DNA of 38,456 nt from Agromyces sp. (lineage in GTDB: Bacteria > Actinomycetota > Actinomycetes > Actinomycetales > Microbacteriaceae): NCBI GenBank assembly GCA_036378815.1, contig DASUVU010000068.1, positions 1 to 38,456 on the forward strand, read 5' to 3'. A program made the translations under genes and the position numbers. This document shows positions 9,435 to 19,217 of this stretch, piece by piece. Below the pieces are notes generated by a model. The model was not told where the DNA came from, searched no databases, and saw nothing but the letters and a program-made list of their open reading frames with translations. The stretch's first letter is position 1. Each line of letters starts with the position of its first letter.

Positions 9435-10736
9435 CTACCGGCCGATGCGGTCGACGATGAGCGGGCCGCCGCCCTCGACCGCGTCACCGGGATCGCCGAT
9501 GCGGTAGGCGCCCTCGACGGCCTCGAGCGCACGCGCGAAGCGGGCGGGCTCGTCGGCGTGGAGGGTGAAGAGCGGATCTCCCGCACGTACCTCGTCGCCG
9601 GGCTTCGCGTGCAGGTCGATGCCCGCGGCGTGCTGCACGGGGTCCTCCTTGCGTGCGCGCCCCGCACCGAGCCGCCACGCCGCGATGCCGAACGGCAGGG
9701 CCTCCTGGGCCACGAGGACCCCGTCGCGCTCGGCGGTCACGACGTGCTGTTCACGCGCCACGGGGAGCGGAGCGTCGGGATCGCCGCCCTGGGCCCGGAT
9801 GGCGCGGCGCCACGTGTCCATGGCGCGACCGTCGTCGAGCGCCGCCTCCACGTCGGCGTCGTGGACGCCCGCGAGCGAGAGCATCTCGCGCGCGAGCTCC
9901 ACGGTCAGCTCGCGGACGTCTGCTGGACCACCGCCGGCCAGCACCTCGAGGGACTCGCGCACCTCGTTCGCGTTGCCGATCGTGCGGCCCAGCGGCACGT
10001 TCATGTTCGTGATGAGCGCTGAGGTCGCCACGCCGGCGTCCTCGCCGAGCTCGACCATGGTGCGCGCGAGCTCACGCGACCGGTCGATGTCCTGCAGGAA
10101 CGCGCCCGAACCGAACTTGACGTCGAGCACGAGCGCGCCGGTTCCCTCGGCGATCTTCTTCGACATGATCGACGACGCGATGAGGGGAATCGCCTCGACG
10201 GTTCCGGTGGTGTCGCGCAGCGCGTAGAGCTTCTTGTCGGCGGGCGCGAGTCCGGATCCGGCCGCGCAGATGACCCCGCCGACGTCGCGGAGCTGGGCGA
10301 ACATCTCGTCGTTGGTGAGCTCGGCCCGCCACCCCGGGATCGACTCGAGCTTGTCGAGCGTTCCGCCCGTGTGACCGAGCCCGCGGCCCGACAGCTGCGG
10401 CACGGCGACGCCGAACGTCGCGACGAGCGGCATCAGCGGCAGGGTGATCTTGTCGCCCACGCCACCGGTCGAGTGCTTGTCGGTGGTCGGCTTGCCGAGA
10501 CCAGAGAAGTCCATCCGCTCACCCGAGGCGATCATCGCCATCGTCATGTCGCGGATCTCTCGGCGCGACATGCCGTTGAGGAAGATCGCCATGGTCATCG
10601 CCGACATCTGCTCGTCGGCCACGTACCCGCGGGTGTAGGCGTCGATGAGCCAGTCGATCTCGGCCGTCTCGAGCTCGTGTCCGTCGCGCTTCGCGCGGAT
10701 CAGGTCGACCGCATCGAACGCCTCGACCGCGCTCAC
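9435..10736 (-). CDS. deoA: Thymidine/pyrimidine-nucleoside phosphorylase
   Basis: DKHSTGGVGDK, SGRGLGHTGGTLDKLESIPG, SSIMSKKIAEG, LDVKFGSGAF; GTGA overlap with the cdd stop. Confidence 0.95.
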   Translation of the reverse strand: MSAVEAFDAVDLIRAKRDGHELETAEIDWLIDAYTRGYVADEQMSAMTMAIFLNGMSRREIRDMTMAMIASGERMDFSGLGKPTTDKHSTGGVGDKITLPLMPLVATFGVAVPQLSGRGLGHTGGTLDKLESIPGWRAELTNDEMFAQLRDVGGVICAAGSGLAPADKKLYALRDTTGTVEAIPLIASSIMSKKIAEGTGALVLDVKFGSGAFLQDIDRSRELARTMVELGEDAGVATSALITNMNVPLGRTIGNANEVRESLEVLAGGGPADVRELTVELAREMLSLAGVHDADVEAALDDGRAMDTWRRAIRAQGGDPDAPLPVAREQHVVTAERDGVLVAQEALPFGIAAWRLGAGRARKEDPVQHAAGIDLHAKPGDEVRAGDPLFTLHADEPARFARALEAVEGAYRIGDPGDAVEGGGPLIVDRIGR

Positions 10737-11152
10737 GCGTGGCCTCCGCGGAACTCCTCGAGCTGGCGCGGGCCGAAGGCATCGGGCAGCACCTCGTCGA
10801 TCGTCTTGATGCCCGAGACGGTTTCGAGCAGCATCCCCTCGGCCGAGTGCTCGTAGAGCAGCTGTCGGCAGCGACCGCACGGCATCAGCGTGTTGCCGTG
10901 CCCGTCGACGCAGGAGAATGCCACGAGCTTGCCGCCCCCCGACATGACGAGCGCCGACACCAGGGAGCACTCGGCGCACAGCGTCACGCCGTACGACGCG
11001 TTCTCGACATTGCAGCCGCTCACGACGCGGCCGTCGTCGACGATGGCCGCCGCACCGACCGGGAACTCGGAATACGGCACGTACGCCTTGGCCATCGCCT
11101 CACGGGCTCGCTCGCGAAGCGACGGCCAGTCGATCGCATCCGTTGCGGTCAT
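10733..11152 (-). CDS. cdd: Cytidine deaminase
   Basis: AYVPYSEFPVGAA, GCNVENASYG..LCAE, PCGRCRQ zinc motif. Confidence 0.95.
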   Translation of the reverse strand: MTATDAIDWPSLRERAREAMAKAYVPYSEFPVGAAAIVDDGRVVSGCNVENASYGVTLCAECSLVSALVMSGGGKLVAFSCVDGHGNTLMPCGRCRQLLYEHSAEGMLLETVSGIKTIDEVLPDAFGPRQLEEFRGGHA

Positions 11153-11177
11153 GGTGCTCCCCCGTTCGGGATGGTTC

Positions 11178-11202
11178 CGGATGCCCCGAAGCGGGGCATC
11201 CG
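11178..11202. repeat. Intergenic hairpin built from inverted GGATGCC-motif copies
   Basis: CGGATGCCCCG-AAG-CGGGGCATCCG, 11-bp perfect stem directly after the permease stop codon. Confidence 0.75.
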
Positions 11203-11203
11203 C

Positions 11204-12493
11204 TCAGGACTTGATGTACGGCTTGCCGTCGGCGGCGGGTGGCCGCGACCTGCCGACGAAGCCGGCGACCGCGAAGATCGTCACGACGTAGGGCAGCATC
11301 AACATGAACTCGCTCGGCACCGGCGAGCCGATCACCGACAGCGTGTTCTGCAGGTTCGAGGCGAAGCCGAACAGCAGGGCGGCCAGCGTGGCCTTGATGG
11401 GATCCCACTGTCCGAAGATCACCGCCGCGAGGGCGATGAAGCCCGCGCCTGCGGTCATCTCCTTGTTGAACGCGATGCCCGAGCCGATGGTGAAGAACGT
11501 GCCACCGAGACCCGCGATCGCGCCGGCGAGCGCCACGTTCCAGAACCGGGTGCGATTCACGTTGATGCCCACCGTGTCGGCGGCCTGCGGGTGCTCGCCG
11601 ACGGCTCGGACCCGGAGGCCCCAGCGCGTGTAGAACAGGCCGAAGAACACCAGCGCCACGGCGATGTACATGAGGTAGACGATGATCGTCTGCCGGAACA
11701 GGACGGGACCGATGATCGGGATCTCGCTGAGGATCGGGATCGGCAGGCGATCGAAGCGCGGCGGCGTGTTCAGCGTGGCGGCGTTCGGTGCGAGCACCTG
11801 CGAGAAGAAGAAGCTCGTGAGGCCGATGACCAGCACGTTCAGCACGACACCGACGATGATCTGGTCGACGAAGTACTTGATCGAGAACGCCGCGAGCACC
11901 ATGCCGACGAGCATGCCGGCGACCATGGCGGCGATGAGCCCGAGCCAGGGCTGACCGGTCACCGAGGCGACGACGGCGGCCGTGAATGCGCCGGCCAGGA
12001 GCTGGCCCTCGATCGCGATGTTCACGACGCCTGCCCGCTCGCCGATCACGCCCGCCAGGGCACCGAAGATCAGCGGCACCGCGAGGCTCAGCGATCCGAA
12101 CAGCAGGCCGATCATCGGGAGGGACGATCCGGCACCGGCCCAGGTGAGGAAGCCGAACATGAAGAGGATCGCGAACACGACGACGAGCCAGAGCGGCACG
12201 CGACGCTTCGACCGGACGAGCAGCACCGAGTACAACGTCGCCACGGCGAGGAGCGCCACGACCGCCCAGAGGGTCTGCAGGGCCGGCACGACGAGGTTCG
12301 GCACCTGGATGACATCGGACTCCAGCGACCACCGGTAGGTCGTCTCGCCGTCGCGGGGCGCGAAGACCGCGAGCGCGAGCGCGGCGAGCGTGAAGATGGC
12401 GAAGGCGATCGGCGCCTTCCAGCTCGTGACGACCGTCGTGTCGAGCTGCACTGCCTGCGGCGACACGTCGTGGTGTTCAGCGGTCCTGGTCAC
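11204..12493 (-). CDS. ABC transporter permease (nucleoside/BMP-type, NupC-like)
   Basis: GERAGVVNIAIEG, GLRVRAVGEHP.AADTVGINV, GFIALAAVIFG.W.P, PPAADGKPY; GTGA overlap start. Confidence 0.9.
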   Translation of the reverse strand: MTRTAEHHDVSPQAVQLDTTVVTSWKAPIAFAIFTLAALALAVFAPRDGETTYRWSLESDVIQVPNLVVPALQTLWAVVALLAVATLYSVLLVRSKRRVPLWLVVVFAILFMFGFLTWAGAGSSLPMIGLLFGSLSLAVPLIFGALAGVIGERAGVVNIAIEGQLLAGAFTAAVVASVTGQPWLGLIAAMVAGMLVGMVLAAFSIKYFVDQIIVGVVLNVLVIGLTSFFFSQVLAPNAATLNTPPRFDRLPIPILSEIPIIGPVLFRQTIIVYLMYIAVALVFFGLFYTRWGLRVRAVGEHPQAADTVGINVNRTRFWNVALAGAIAGLGGTFFTIGSGIAFNKEMTAGAGFIALAAVIFGQWDPIKATLAALLFGFASNLQNTLSVIGSPVPSEFMLMLPYVVTIFAVAGFVGRSRPPAADGKPYIKS

Positions 12494-13869
12494 TTCGCCT
12501 CCACCTCCTTCTTGGCGGCCTTGCGAGGTCGTTTCGGCTTCGCGTCGGGATCGGGCAGGCGGAAGATCGTGCGAACGAGCGGCGGCGCAGCGATGAAGAG
12601 GACGATGAGGGACTGCACGACGAGCACGATCTCGACCGGCACGCCCTCGGCCGCCTGCATCGAGAAGCCGCCCGCCTTGAAGGCGCCGAAGAGGATGCCG
12701 GCGGCGAAGGTGCCCCACGGCGTCGAACGACCGAGCAGGGCCACCGTGATCGCGTCGAAGCCGATTCCCGCGTCGATGCCGGCCGTGAAGCCGGTGGTGA
12801 CCGTTCCGAGCACCTGGCTCACGCCGGCGAGCCCCAGCAGCGCCCCGCTGATGAGCATCGCGTAGATGTACATGCCCTTGACGTTGACACCGGCCACCCG
12901 AGCTGCGTTGGGATTGATGCCGACCGCGCGGAACTTGAATCCGAGGCTCGACCGATTGAGGATCCACCACACGAGGATCGTCGCGGCCACCGCGAGGAGG
13001 AACCCGAGATGCAGGTTGAACTGGGGTCCGAGCAGCGCGGGGAAGATGGCGGTCTCCTTCATCGCCGGGGTCTTCGGGTTGGACGAGCCTGGCGCCTGGA
13101 GGAGGCCCGGCGTGCGCAGGAGCCACGACACGAGGTAGAAGGCGACGTAGTTGAGCATGATCGTGACGATCACCTCGTGCGCGCCGGTACGCGCCTTCAG
13201 CACGCCCGCGATACCCGCCCAGAGCGCGCCGCCGATGAGGCCGCCGACCAGGGCGACGAGCATGTGCAGGCCCCAGGGCAGGTCGAAGCCGAAGGCGATC
13301 CATCCCGCGACGGATGCCGCGATGAGCATCTGGCCCCGACCACCGATGTTGAACATGCCCACGCGGAACGCGAGGGCGACGCCGAGGCCTCCGGCGATGA
13401 GGGGGGTCGCGAAGGTGAGCGTCTCGGTGAGCGGCCGGATGCCGGCCACGAACGTGTCGCGTCGGAAGTTGTAGATCGAGCCCTGGAAGAGGGCCGAGTA
13501 CGCACCCGCCACGGAGTCCCAGATGGCGCCGAGCATGTCAGCGGGGCGCGAGAAGAAGTACACGCTCGTCTCCTGCACGCGCTCATCGGTGAACGCGATC
13601 ATGACCGCGCCCACGATCAGCGCGAGGATGACGGAGAGCACCGAGATGAGGGCGTTGCCCGTGGTGATCTGGCGCAGCATGGTGTGCCACCTCGACGGCG
13701 GCGGGCCCTCTGGCCCGGCCGGGCCGCCGGGACCGGTGGCCGTCGCGCGGGCGTCGTCGGTCGCGGCGCCGGTCGCGGGCGAGGCCGCTCCGGGCTCCTC
13801 GATCGCGACGTCGGGGTCGAGGTTCGTCGCTCGGGAGGCGTCGCCCCTCGGCTGGGTGGGGTCGCTCAT
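12490..13869 (-). CDS. ABC transporter permease (nucleoside/BMP-type, NupB-like)
   Basis: FRVGMFNIGGRGQ, GAHEVIVTIMLNY, GFDAITVALLG. Confidence 0.9.
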   Translation of the reverse strand: MSDPTQPRGDASRATNLDPDVAIEEPGAASPATGAATDDARATATGPGGPAGPEGPPPSRWHTMLRQITTGNALISVLSVILALIVGAVMIAFTDERVQETSVYFFSRPADMLGAIWDSVAGAYSALFQGSIYNFRRDTFVAGIRPLTETLTFATPLIAGGLGVALAFRVGMFNIGGRGQMLIAASVAGWIAFGFDLPWGLHMLVALVGGLIGGALWAGIAGVLKARTGAHEVIVTIMLNYVAFYLVSWLLRTPGLLQAPGSSNPKTPAMKETAIFPALLGPQFNLHLGFLLAVAATILVWWILNRSSLGFKFRAVGINPNAARVAGVNVKGMYIYAMLISGALLGLAGVSQVLGTVTTGFTAGIDAGIGFDAITVALLGRSTPWGTFAAGILFGAFKAGGFSMQAAEGVPVEIVLVVQSLIVLFIAAPPLVRTIFRLPDPDAKPKRPRKAAKKEVEAK

Positions 13870-15383
13870 GCGGCGGCTCCTTCTGCGGGGGATTCTCCGG
13901 CCATCATGAGGCCGAGGACATCGCGGGGGGTGTCGCCGGGAACGATGCCGACGATCCGGCCCCGGTACATGACCATGATGCGGTCGGCGAGGGCGGCGAC
14001 CTCGTCGAGTTCGGTCGAGACCACCACGACTGGCACGCCGCTGTCGCGCGCCTCGACGATGCGCTTGTGGATGAACTCGCTCGAGCCGACGTCGACGCCG
14101 CGCGTGGGCTGGGCTGCGACGAGCAGGCGCAGCTCACGGCTCAGCTCGCGCGCGAGCACGACCTTCTGCTGGTTGCCGCCCGAGAGCCGCTGCACGTACT
14201 CGTCGATGCCCTGCGTGCGGATGTCGAACTCCTCGACCTTCTCGCGCGCGAAGTCGGCGAGCACGCGACCCTGGAGGTTCCCGGCGCGCACGAAGGGCGG
14301 GCCCTCGCTGCGGTCGAGCATGAGGTTCTCGGCGATCGTGAACTCCCCGACGAGACCGTCTTCGGTGCGGTCCTCGGGAACGAAGCCGACGCCGGATTCG
14401 AGGATCTTGCGCACGCTGGACCCGTTCAGCTCGATGCCGTCGAGGTTGATGGAGCCCTGCACCCGGTGCTGGAGCCCGACGAGCGCCTCGGTCAGCTCGG
14501 TCTGCCCGTTGCCCTGCACGCCGGCGACGGCGAGGATCTCACCCCGTCGCACGGTGAAGCTGACGTCGTTGACGACGAGCTGGCCGAGCGGGTCGATGAC
14601 CGTGAGGTTCTGCACCACGAGGGCGTCGTCACCGAGTTTCGGCTCCTCTTTCTGGACGGTCAGCTCGACCGACCGGCCCACCATCATCGACGCGAGCTCG
14701 GCGTTCGACGCGGTCGGCTCGGCCTCGCCGACCACCTTGCCCAGCCGGATCACGGTGATGCGGTCGGCCACTGCGCGCACCTCGCGCAGCTTGTGCGTGA
14801 TGAACACGATCGAGGTGCCGGAGTCCTTGAGCTGGCGCATCATGCCCATCAGCTCGTCGGTCTCCTGCGGCGTGAGCACGGCGGTCGGCTCGTCGAACAC
14901 GAGCACGCGCGCGTCGCGTGAGAGCGCCTTGATGATCTCGACGCGCTGCTGGATGCCGACCGGCAGGTCCTCGACGATCGCGTCGGGATCGACGTGGAAC
15001 CCGAATCGGCCGGAGATCTCGTTCACCTTGGCGCGCGCCGTGGCGAGGTCGAGCACCCCGACCGCCTTCGTGGACTCGTTGCCGAGCATGACGTTCTCGG
15101 CGACCGTGAACACGGGGATGAGCATGAAGTGCTGGTGCACCATGCCGATGCCGGCGGCCATGGCATCGCCGGGCCCCTCGAAGTGCTGCACCTCGCCGTC
15201 GAGGAGCACTTCGCCCTCGTCGGCTTGATACAGGCCGTAGAGCACGTTCATGAGCGTCGACTTGCCTGCGCCGTTCTCACCGAGGAGGGCGTGGATCTCG
15301 CCGGCCTCCACGGTGAGGTCGATGTGGTCGTTGGCGACCAAGCTGCCGAATCGCTTCGTGATGCCGCGAAGTTCGAGCTTCAT
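13866..15383 (-). CDS. ABC transporter ATP-binding protein, two fused ATPase domains (CUT2, NupA-like)
   Basis: GENGAGKST Walker A, FDEPTAVL, LSGGNQQK, QPTRGVDVG; ATG 15383 lies 7 nt after TAGGAT. Confidence 0.93.
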   Translation of the reverse strand: MKLELRGITKRFGSLVANDHIDLTVEAGEIHALLGENGAGKSTLMNVLYGLYQADEGEVLLDGEVQHFEGPGDAMAAGIGMVHQHFMLIPVFTVAENVMLGNESTKAVGVLDLATARAKVNEISGRFGFHVDPDAIVEDLPVGIQQRVEIIKALSRDARVLVFDEPTAVLTPQETDELMGMMRQLKDSGTSIVFITHKLREVRAVADRITVIRLGKVVGEAEPTASNAELASMMVGRSVELTVQKEEPKLGDDALVVQNLTVIDPLGQLVVNDVSFTVRRGEILAVAGVQGNGQTELTEALVGLQHRVQGSINLDGIELNGSSVRKILESGVGFVPEDRTEDGLVGEFTIAENLMLDRSEGPPFVRAGNLQGRVLADFAREKVEEFDIRTQGIDEYVQRLSGGNQQKVVLARELSRELRLLVAAQPTRGVDVGSSEFIHKRIVEARDSGVPVVVVSTELDEVAALADRIMVMYRGRIVGIVPGDTPRDVLGLMMAGESPAEGAAA

Positions 15384-15500
15384 GTCCCCGATCCTAGTGA
15401 GATGGCCGCATCGTCGGTGATGCTGCACGAATGTCGAGCACCACGGATGGCGCGTGCTCGGATGTTGCGCGAAGCGCGCTGATTCGCGCTCGGCATGGAA

Positions 15501-15532
15501 CCGGGGAGGCCGGCGAACGCCGACCTCCCCGG
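15501..15532 (-). terminator. Stem-loop downstream of the BMP lipoprotein gene (terminator or mRNA stabiliser)
   Basis: CCGGGGAGG-CCGGCG-AA-CGCCGA-CCTCCCCGG long stem about 15 nt after the stop. Confidence 0.65.
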
Positions 15533-15546
15533 ACCGAGGTGGGTCC

Positions 15547-16644
15547 TTACTCGGAGAGGTAGGACGTGACCTTGACGTCGCCGGCGATGATCGCTTCCTT
15601 CAGCGCGTCGAGTTCGCCCTGCAGCTCGGCGGGGACCTTCGACTCGAAGTCGTGGAACGGCGCGATGCCGACACCATCGTTCTCGAGCGTGCCGATGAAC
15701 GGCGTGGGGTCGAAGTCGCCCTCGCCCGCAGCGAGCACGGCCTCTTCGGTGCCGACGGCGATGCCCTTGAGGATCGACGTGAGCATGAGGTCGGCGACCG
15801 ACGGGTCGGTGACCGTGAAGTCGGCGTCCACGCCGATCATGGCGATCTCACGGCCGGCCTCGCGGATGGCCGCGGCAGCCGACTGGTAGATCGGGCCGCC
15901 GACGGGCAGCAGCACGTCGACGTTCTGGTCGATCAGGCTCTGCGCGACCTGTCGGGCGGTGTCGTTGGCCTCGAAGCCACCGGTGAAGAGGCCGTCGGTG
16001 CCGTCCCAGCCGAGCACCTGCACGGCGGTGCCCTTCTCGGTGTTGTGGTAGTCGACGCCCTGCTTGAAGCCGTCCATGAAGATGGAGACCGTCGGGAAGT
16101 TCATGCCGCCGAAGGTGCCGACGACGCCGGTCTTCGAGTACGCCGCTGCGGCGTATCCGGCGAGGAAGGCGGCCTGCGCCGTGTCGAAGAGGATCGGCTT
16201 GATGTTCGGCGCGTCGATCTCGCCGTCGAAGTCGTTGTCGGCCGCGTCGTCGATGATGACGTAGTTGATGTCGGGGTTGGCGAGCGCCGACTCGACCGTT
16301 GCCGCCGAGAGCGCGAAGCCGACCGTGACGATCAGGTTGCAGCCCTGGTCGACCAGGTTGGTGAGGTTGGGCGCGTAATCGGTCTCAGCGTCGGACTGCA
16401 CGGTGATCGGCTCGACGCCGAGCTCGTCTGCCGCGCTCGTGAGCCCCTCGAAGCCCGACTGGTTGAACGACTTGTCGTCGAATCCGCCGGCGTCGGAGAC
16501 CATGCACGGGAGGAAGTCGCTGGCGGCTCCCCCATCGGTGGCGTTATCGGTCTCCTCGGGAGCCGCTGCGCACCCGGCGAGCAGAATGGCTGCGCCGAAC
16601 ATCGCGAGGCCGCCGAGGGCGGCCTTCCTGGTCGTGACCTTCAC
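15547..16644 (-). CDS. BMP-family ABC substrate-binding lipoprotein (nucleoside-binding type)
   Basis: Lipobox LLAGC; GGFDDKSFNQ, VTVGF, AAFLAGYAAA, IGVDAD; GGAGG-N5-GTG start. Confidence 0.92.
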   Translation of the reverse strand: MKVTTRKAALGGLAMFGAAILLAGCAAAPEETDNATDGGAASDFLPCMVSDAGGFDDKSFNQSGFEGLTSAADELGVEPITVQSDAETDYAPNLTNLVDQGCNLIVTVGFALSAATVESALANPDINYVIIDDAADNDFDGEIDAPNIKPILFDTAQAAFLAGYAAAAYSKTGVVGTFGGMNFPTVSIFMDGFKQGVDYHNTEKGTAVQVLGWDGTDGLFTGGFEANDTARQVAQSLIDQNVDVLLPVGGPIYQSAAAAIREAGREIAMIGVDADFTVTDPSVADLMLTSILKGIAVGTEEAVLAAGEGDFDPTPFIGTLENDGVGIAPFHDFESKVPAELQGELDALKEAIIAGDVKVTSYLSE

Positions 16645-16767
16645 TGTGTCCTCCAAAGAACTCGCCCCAACCCTCGTGGGACCCGGGTGTCACGTTACCC
16701 AAAGTTGCGTTCGCCGCTCAGGTGTCGGGCGAATGCGACATCCAATGGTTATCAAGACGCGATGTTC

Positions 16768-16781
16768 TGCTCATATGAGCA
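16768..16781. promoter_or_regulatory. Perfect palindrome TGCTCATATGAGCA, candidate operator upstream of the nucleoside ABC operon
   Basis: 14-bp AT-rich palindrome in the intergenic region; candidate minus-strand -10 TAACGT at 16692-16697. Confidence 0.5.
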
Positions 16782-16810
16782 TGCCCGGGCTCCCCCGAAC
16801 GGGGGTGACG

Positions 16811-17872
16811 TCAGGGAGCCGACGGCGACTCGACGACGATCTCGCCCGAGATGATCGCCTGTCGCAGTCCTTCGATCTCGCCGTCGAGAGCGGGCGACAC
16901 GAGCGGAGCGAGGTCGTGGTACGGCGCGATCTCGACGCCGCCGTTCTCGAGCGTGCCGACGTAGGGCTCGTTCGAGAACGATCCGTCCTGCACCGCGCCG
17001 ACGATCTCGACCATCGCGTCCTGGGTGTTCTTCAGCACGCTCGTGAGCAGCACGGGCCGGAACTCGGCCGCGAGCGACTCGTAGCCGTCGCTGTCGACCC
17101 AGATCACCGAGACACCGCCGCGCTCGAGGGCCGCGGCCGTGGCGCCCTCGCCGACCTGGCCGGCGACCGGCAGGATGACGTCGGCGCCCTGGTCGATGAG
17201 GCTCTCGGACAGCGCCTTCCCCTTGTTGATGTCCTCGAAGTCGCCGGTGAACGCTCCGTCCTGCGCCGCCTTGTCCCAGCCGAGCACGCGAACCGCGGTG
17301 CCGTGCACCTCGTTGTACTTGGCGACGCCGTCGACGAATCCGTCCATGAACAGCGTCACGGGCGGCTGGTTGCCGCCGCCGAAGGTCGCGACGACCCCGG
17401 TCTTCGAGACGCCGGCGGCCAGGTAGCCGGCAAGGTACGTCGCCTGCGCGGTGTCGAAGATCACCGGCTTCACGTTGTCGGCCTCGACCACCTCGTCGAC
17501 GATGGCGAACGCGAGGTCGGGGTTGGACTCAGCCTGGGACAGGGTCGCGTCGGCGAGCTCGAAGCCGACCGTGACGATCAGCTCGCAGCCGGATTCGACG
17601 GCCTGCGCCACGTTCGGGGCGAGGTCGGTCTCGCCGGTCGAGACGATGGCCTCGGCCTCGACCCCGAGCTCGTCCTCGGCCTGCTGGAGGCCCTCCCAGC
17701 TCGCCTGGTTGAACGAGCGGTCCTCGAGGCCGCCCGAGTTCGTCACCATCCGAACGCACGAGTCGCTCGCCGCCTCGGTCGAGCCGCCCTCGGGCGCGGG
17801 TCCGCAACCCACGAGCATGACGGATGCCGCGACGAGCACCGTTCCGTAACCGAACCACCGACGCACCGACAT
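16811..17872 (-). CDS. Second BMP-family substrate-binding lipoprotein (paralog)
   Basis: Lipobox MLVGC; GGLEDRSFNQ, KPVIFDTAQATYLAGYLAA, FMDGF, GTLENGGVEIAPYHD; clearly homologous to 15547..16644. Confidence 0.9.
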   Translation of the reverse strand: MSVRRWFGYGTVLVAASVMLVGCGPAPEGGSTEAASDSCVRMVTNSGGLEDRSFNQASWEGLQQAEDELGVEAEAIVSTGETDLAPNVAQAVESGCELIVTVGFELADATLSQAESNPDLAFAIVDEVVEADNVKPVIFDTAQATYLAGYLAAGVSKTGVVATFGGGNQPPVTLFMDGFVDGVAKYNEVHGTAVRVLGWDKAAQDGAFTGDFEDINKGKALSESLIDQGADVILPVAGQVGEGATAAALERGGVSVIWVDSDGYESLAAEFRPVLLTSVLKNTQDAMVEIVGAVQDGSFSNEPYVGTLENGGVEIAPYHDLAPLVSPALDGEIEGLRQAIISGEIVVESPSAP

Positions 17873-17913
17873 CCGCCGCCCCGTTCTCTCGCGTGCTCCC
17901 AGTCTGGTACAGC

Positions 17914-19038
17914 TCAGAGCACGTCGTTGGATCCGCCGAGCCGGAGGGCGTCGACGACCGCCTTGACCCGCTGGGCGTGCTCGCTCGTCGTGACGAGGAG
18001 CGCGTCGGGCGTGTCCACCACGACGATATCGTGCACGCCGATGAGGCTGATCACCCGATCCGACCGACTCACGACGATCCCGCTCGAGGCATCGGCGAGC
18101 ACCCGGGCGTTCTCGCCGAGGATGGCGAGCTCGCCCGAGCGACCGGCGGTGTTGAGCTTCGCGAGGGACGCGAAGTCGCCGACGTCGTCCCACTGGAAGT
18201 GACCGCGGATGACCGCGAGGCGGCCGGCCGCGGCGGCGGGCTCGGCGACCGAGTAGTCGATCGCGATCTTCTCGAGGGTCGGCCAGATGCGATCGACGGC
18301 GGGCCCGCGAGTCGTGGCGTCGTCCCAGGCGGCGGCGAGCTCGAGCAGGCCCGCGTGCAGCTCGGGCCTGGTGCGTGCGAGCTCCTCGAGCAGGGTCGAC
18401 GCCCTGGCGATGAACATGCCCGCGTTCCAGAGGTGGTCGCCGCCTTCGACGTAGCGCCGCGCGGTCTCGAGATCGGGCTTCTCCACGAAGTTCGAGACCG
18501 CCTCGACGCGGTCGGCACCGGGCACCTCGATCGGGCCGCCGCACTCGATGTAGCCGAACCCGACGGCCGGTTCGGTCGGCGTGATCCCGATCGTCGCGAT
18601 GTATCCGGCCTGCGCCGCGGCCACCGCGTCCGCCACCGCCGACCGGAACAGCGCATCGCCCGAGATGACGTGGTCGGCCGCGAACGAGCCGATCACCACG
18701 CCCGGTTCGCGGCGCTCGAGGATGGCGGCGGCCAGCCCGATCGCGGCCGTCGAATCACGCGGCTCGCTCTCGAGGACGATGTTCGCGTCCGCCAGCTCGG
18801 GCAGCTGCGCCTCGACGGCCGCGCGGTGGGCGCGGCCGGTGACGACCATGATGCGCTCGGAGCCCGAGAGGGGGACGAGCCGGTCCCACGTGTCCTTGAG
18901 CAGGGTCTGTCCGGAACCCGTCAGGTCGTGCAGGAACTTCGGCGCGTCAGCGCGCGAGAGGGGCCACAGCCGCGACCCGACACCGCCGGCCGGGATGACA
19001 CTGTAGAAGCCGTCGAGCGGCGCGGTGGGAACGGGCAT
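17914..19038 (-). CDS. manC: Mannose-1-phosphate guanylyltransferase
   Basis: IPAGGVGSRLWPLSR...PK, EPRDSTAAI, FVEKP, WNAGMF, IDYSVAE, WDDVG; ATG 19038 lies 7 nt after TATCCT. Confidence 0.92.
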   Translation of the reverse strand: MPVPTAPLDGFYSVIPAGGVGSRLWPLSRADAPKFLHDLTGSGQTLLKDTWDRLVPLSGSERIMVVTGRAHRAAVEAQLPELADANIVLESEPRDSTAAIGLAAAILERREPGVVIGSFAADHVISGDALFRSAVADAVAAAQAGYIATIGITPTEPAVGFGYIECGGPIEVPGADRVEAVSNFVEKPDLETARRYVEGGDHLWNAGMFIARASTLLEELARTRPELHAGLLELAAAWDDATTRGPAVDRIWPTLEKIAIDYSVAEPAAAAGRLAVIRGHFQWDDVGDFASLAKLNTAGRSGELAILGENARVLADASSGIVVSRSDRVISLIGVHDIVVVDTPDALLVTTSEHAQRVKAVVDALRLGGSNDVL

Positions 19039-19217
19039 GCGTCCGAGGATAGCCGTCGAGCCTCCGCGGCATCCGTTCGCTTTCGTCTGTCTCGACGTCG
19101 AGAGAGTTCGACCGCCCGTCGCCGCGGCGGCCGGAACCCGGCGATAGACTCTCATCGGGCTGCGCGCCCTCGTGCCCGGAAGTCACGGGCGATCCACACA
19201 GCCAGGGAGGGTTGTTC

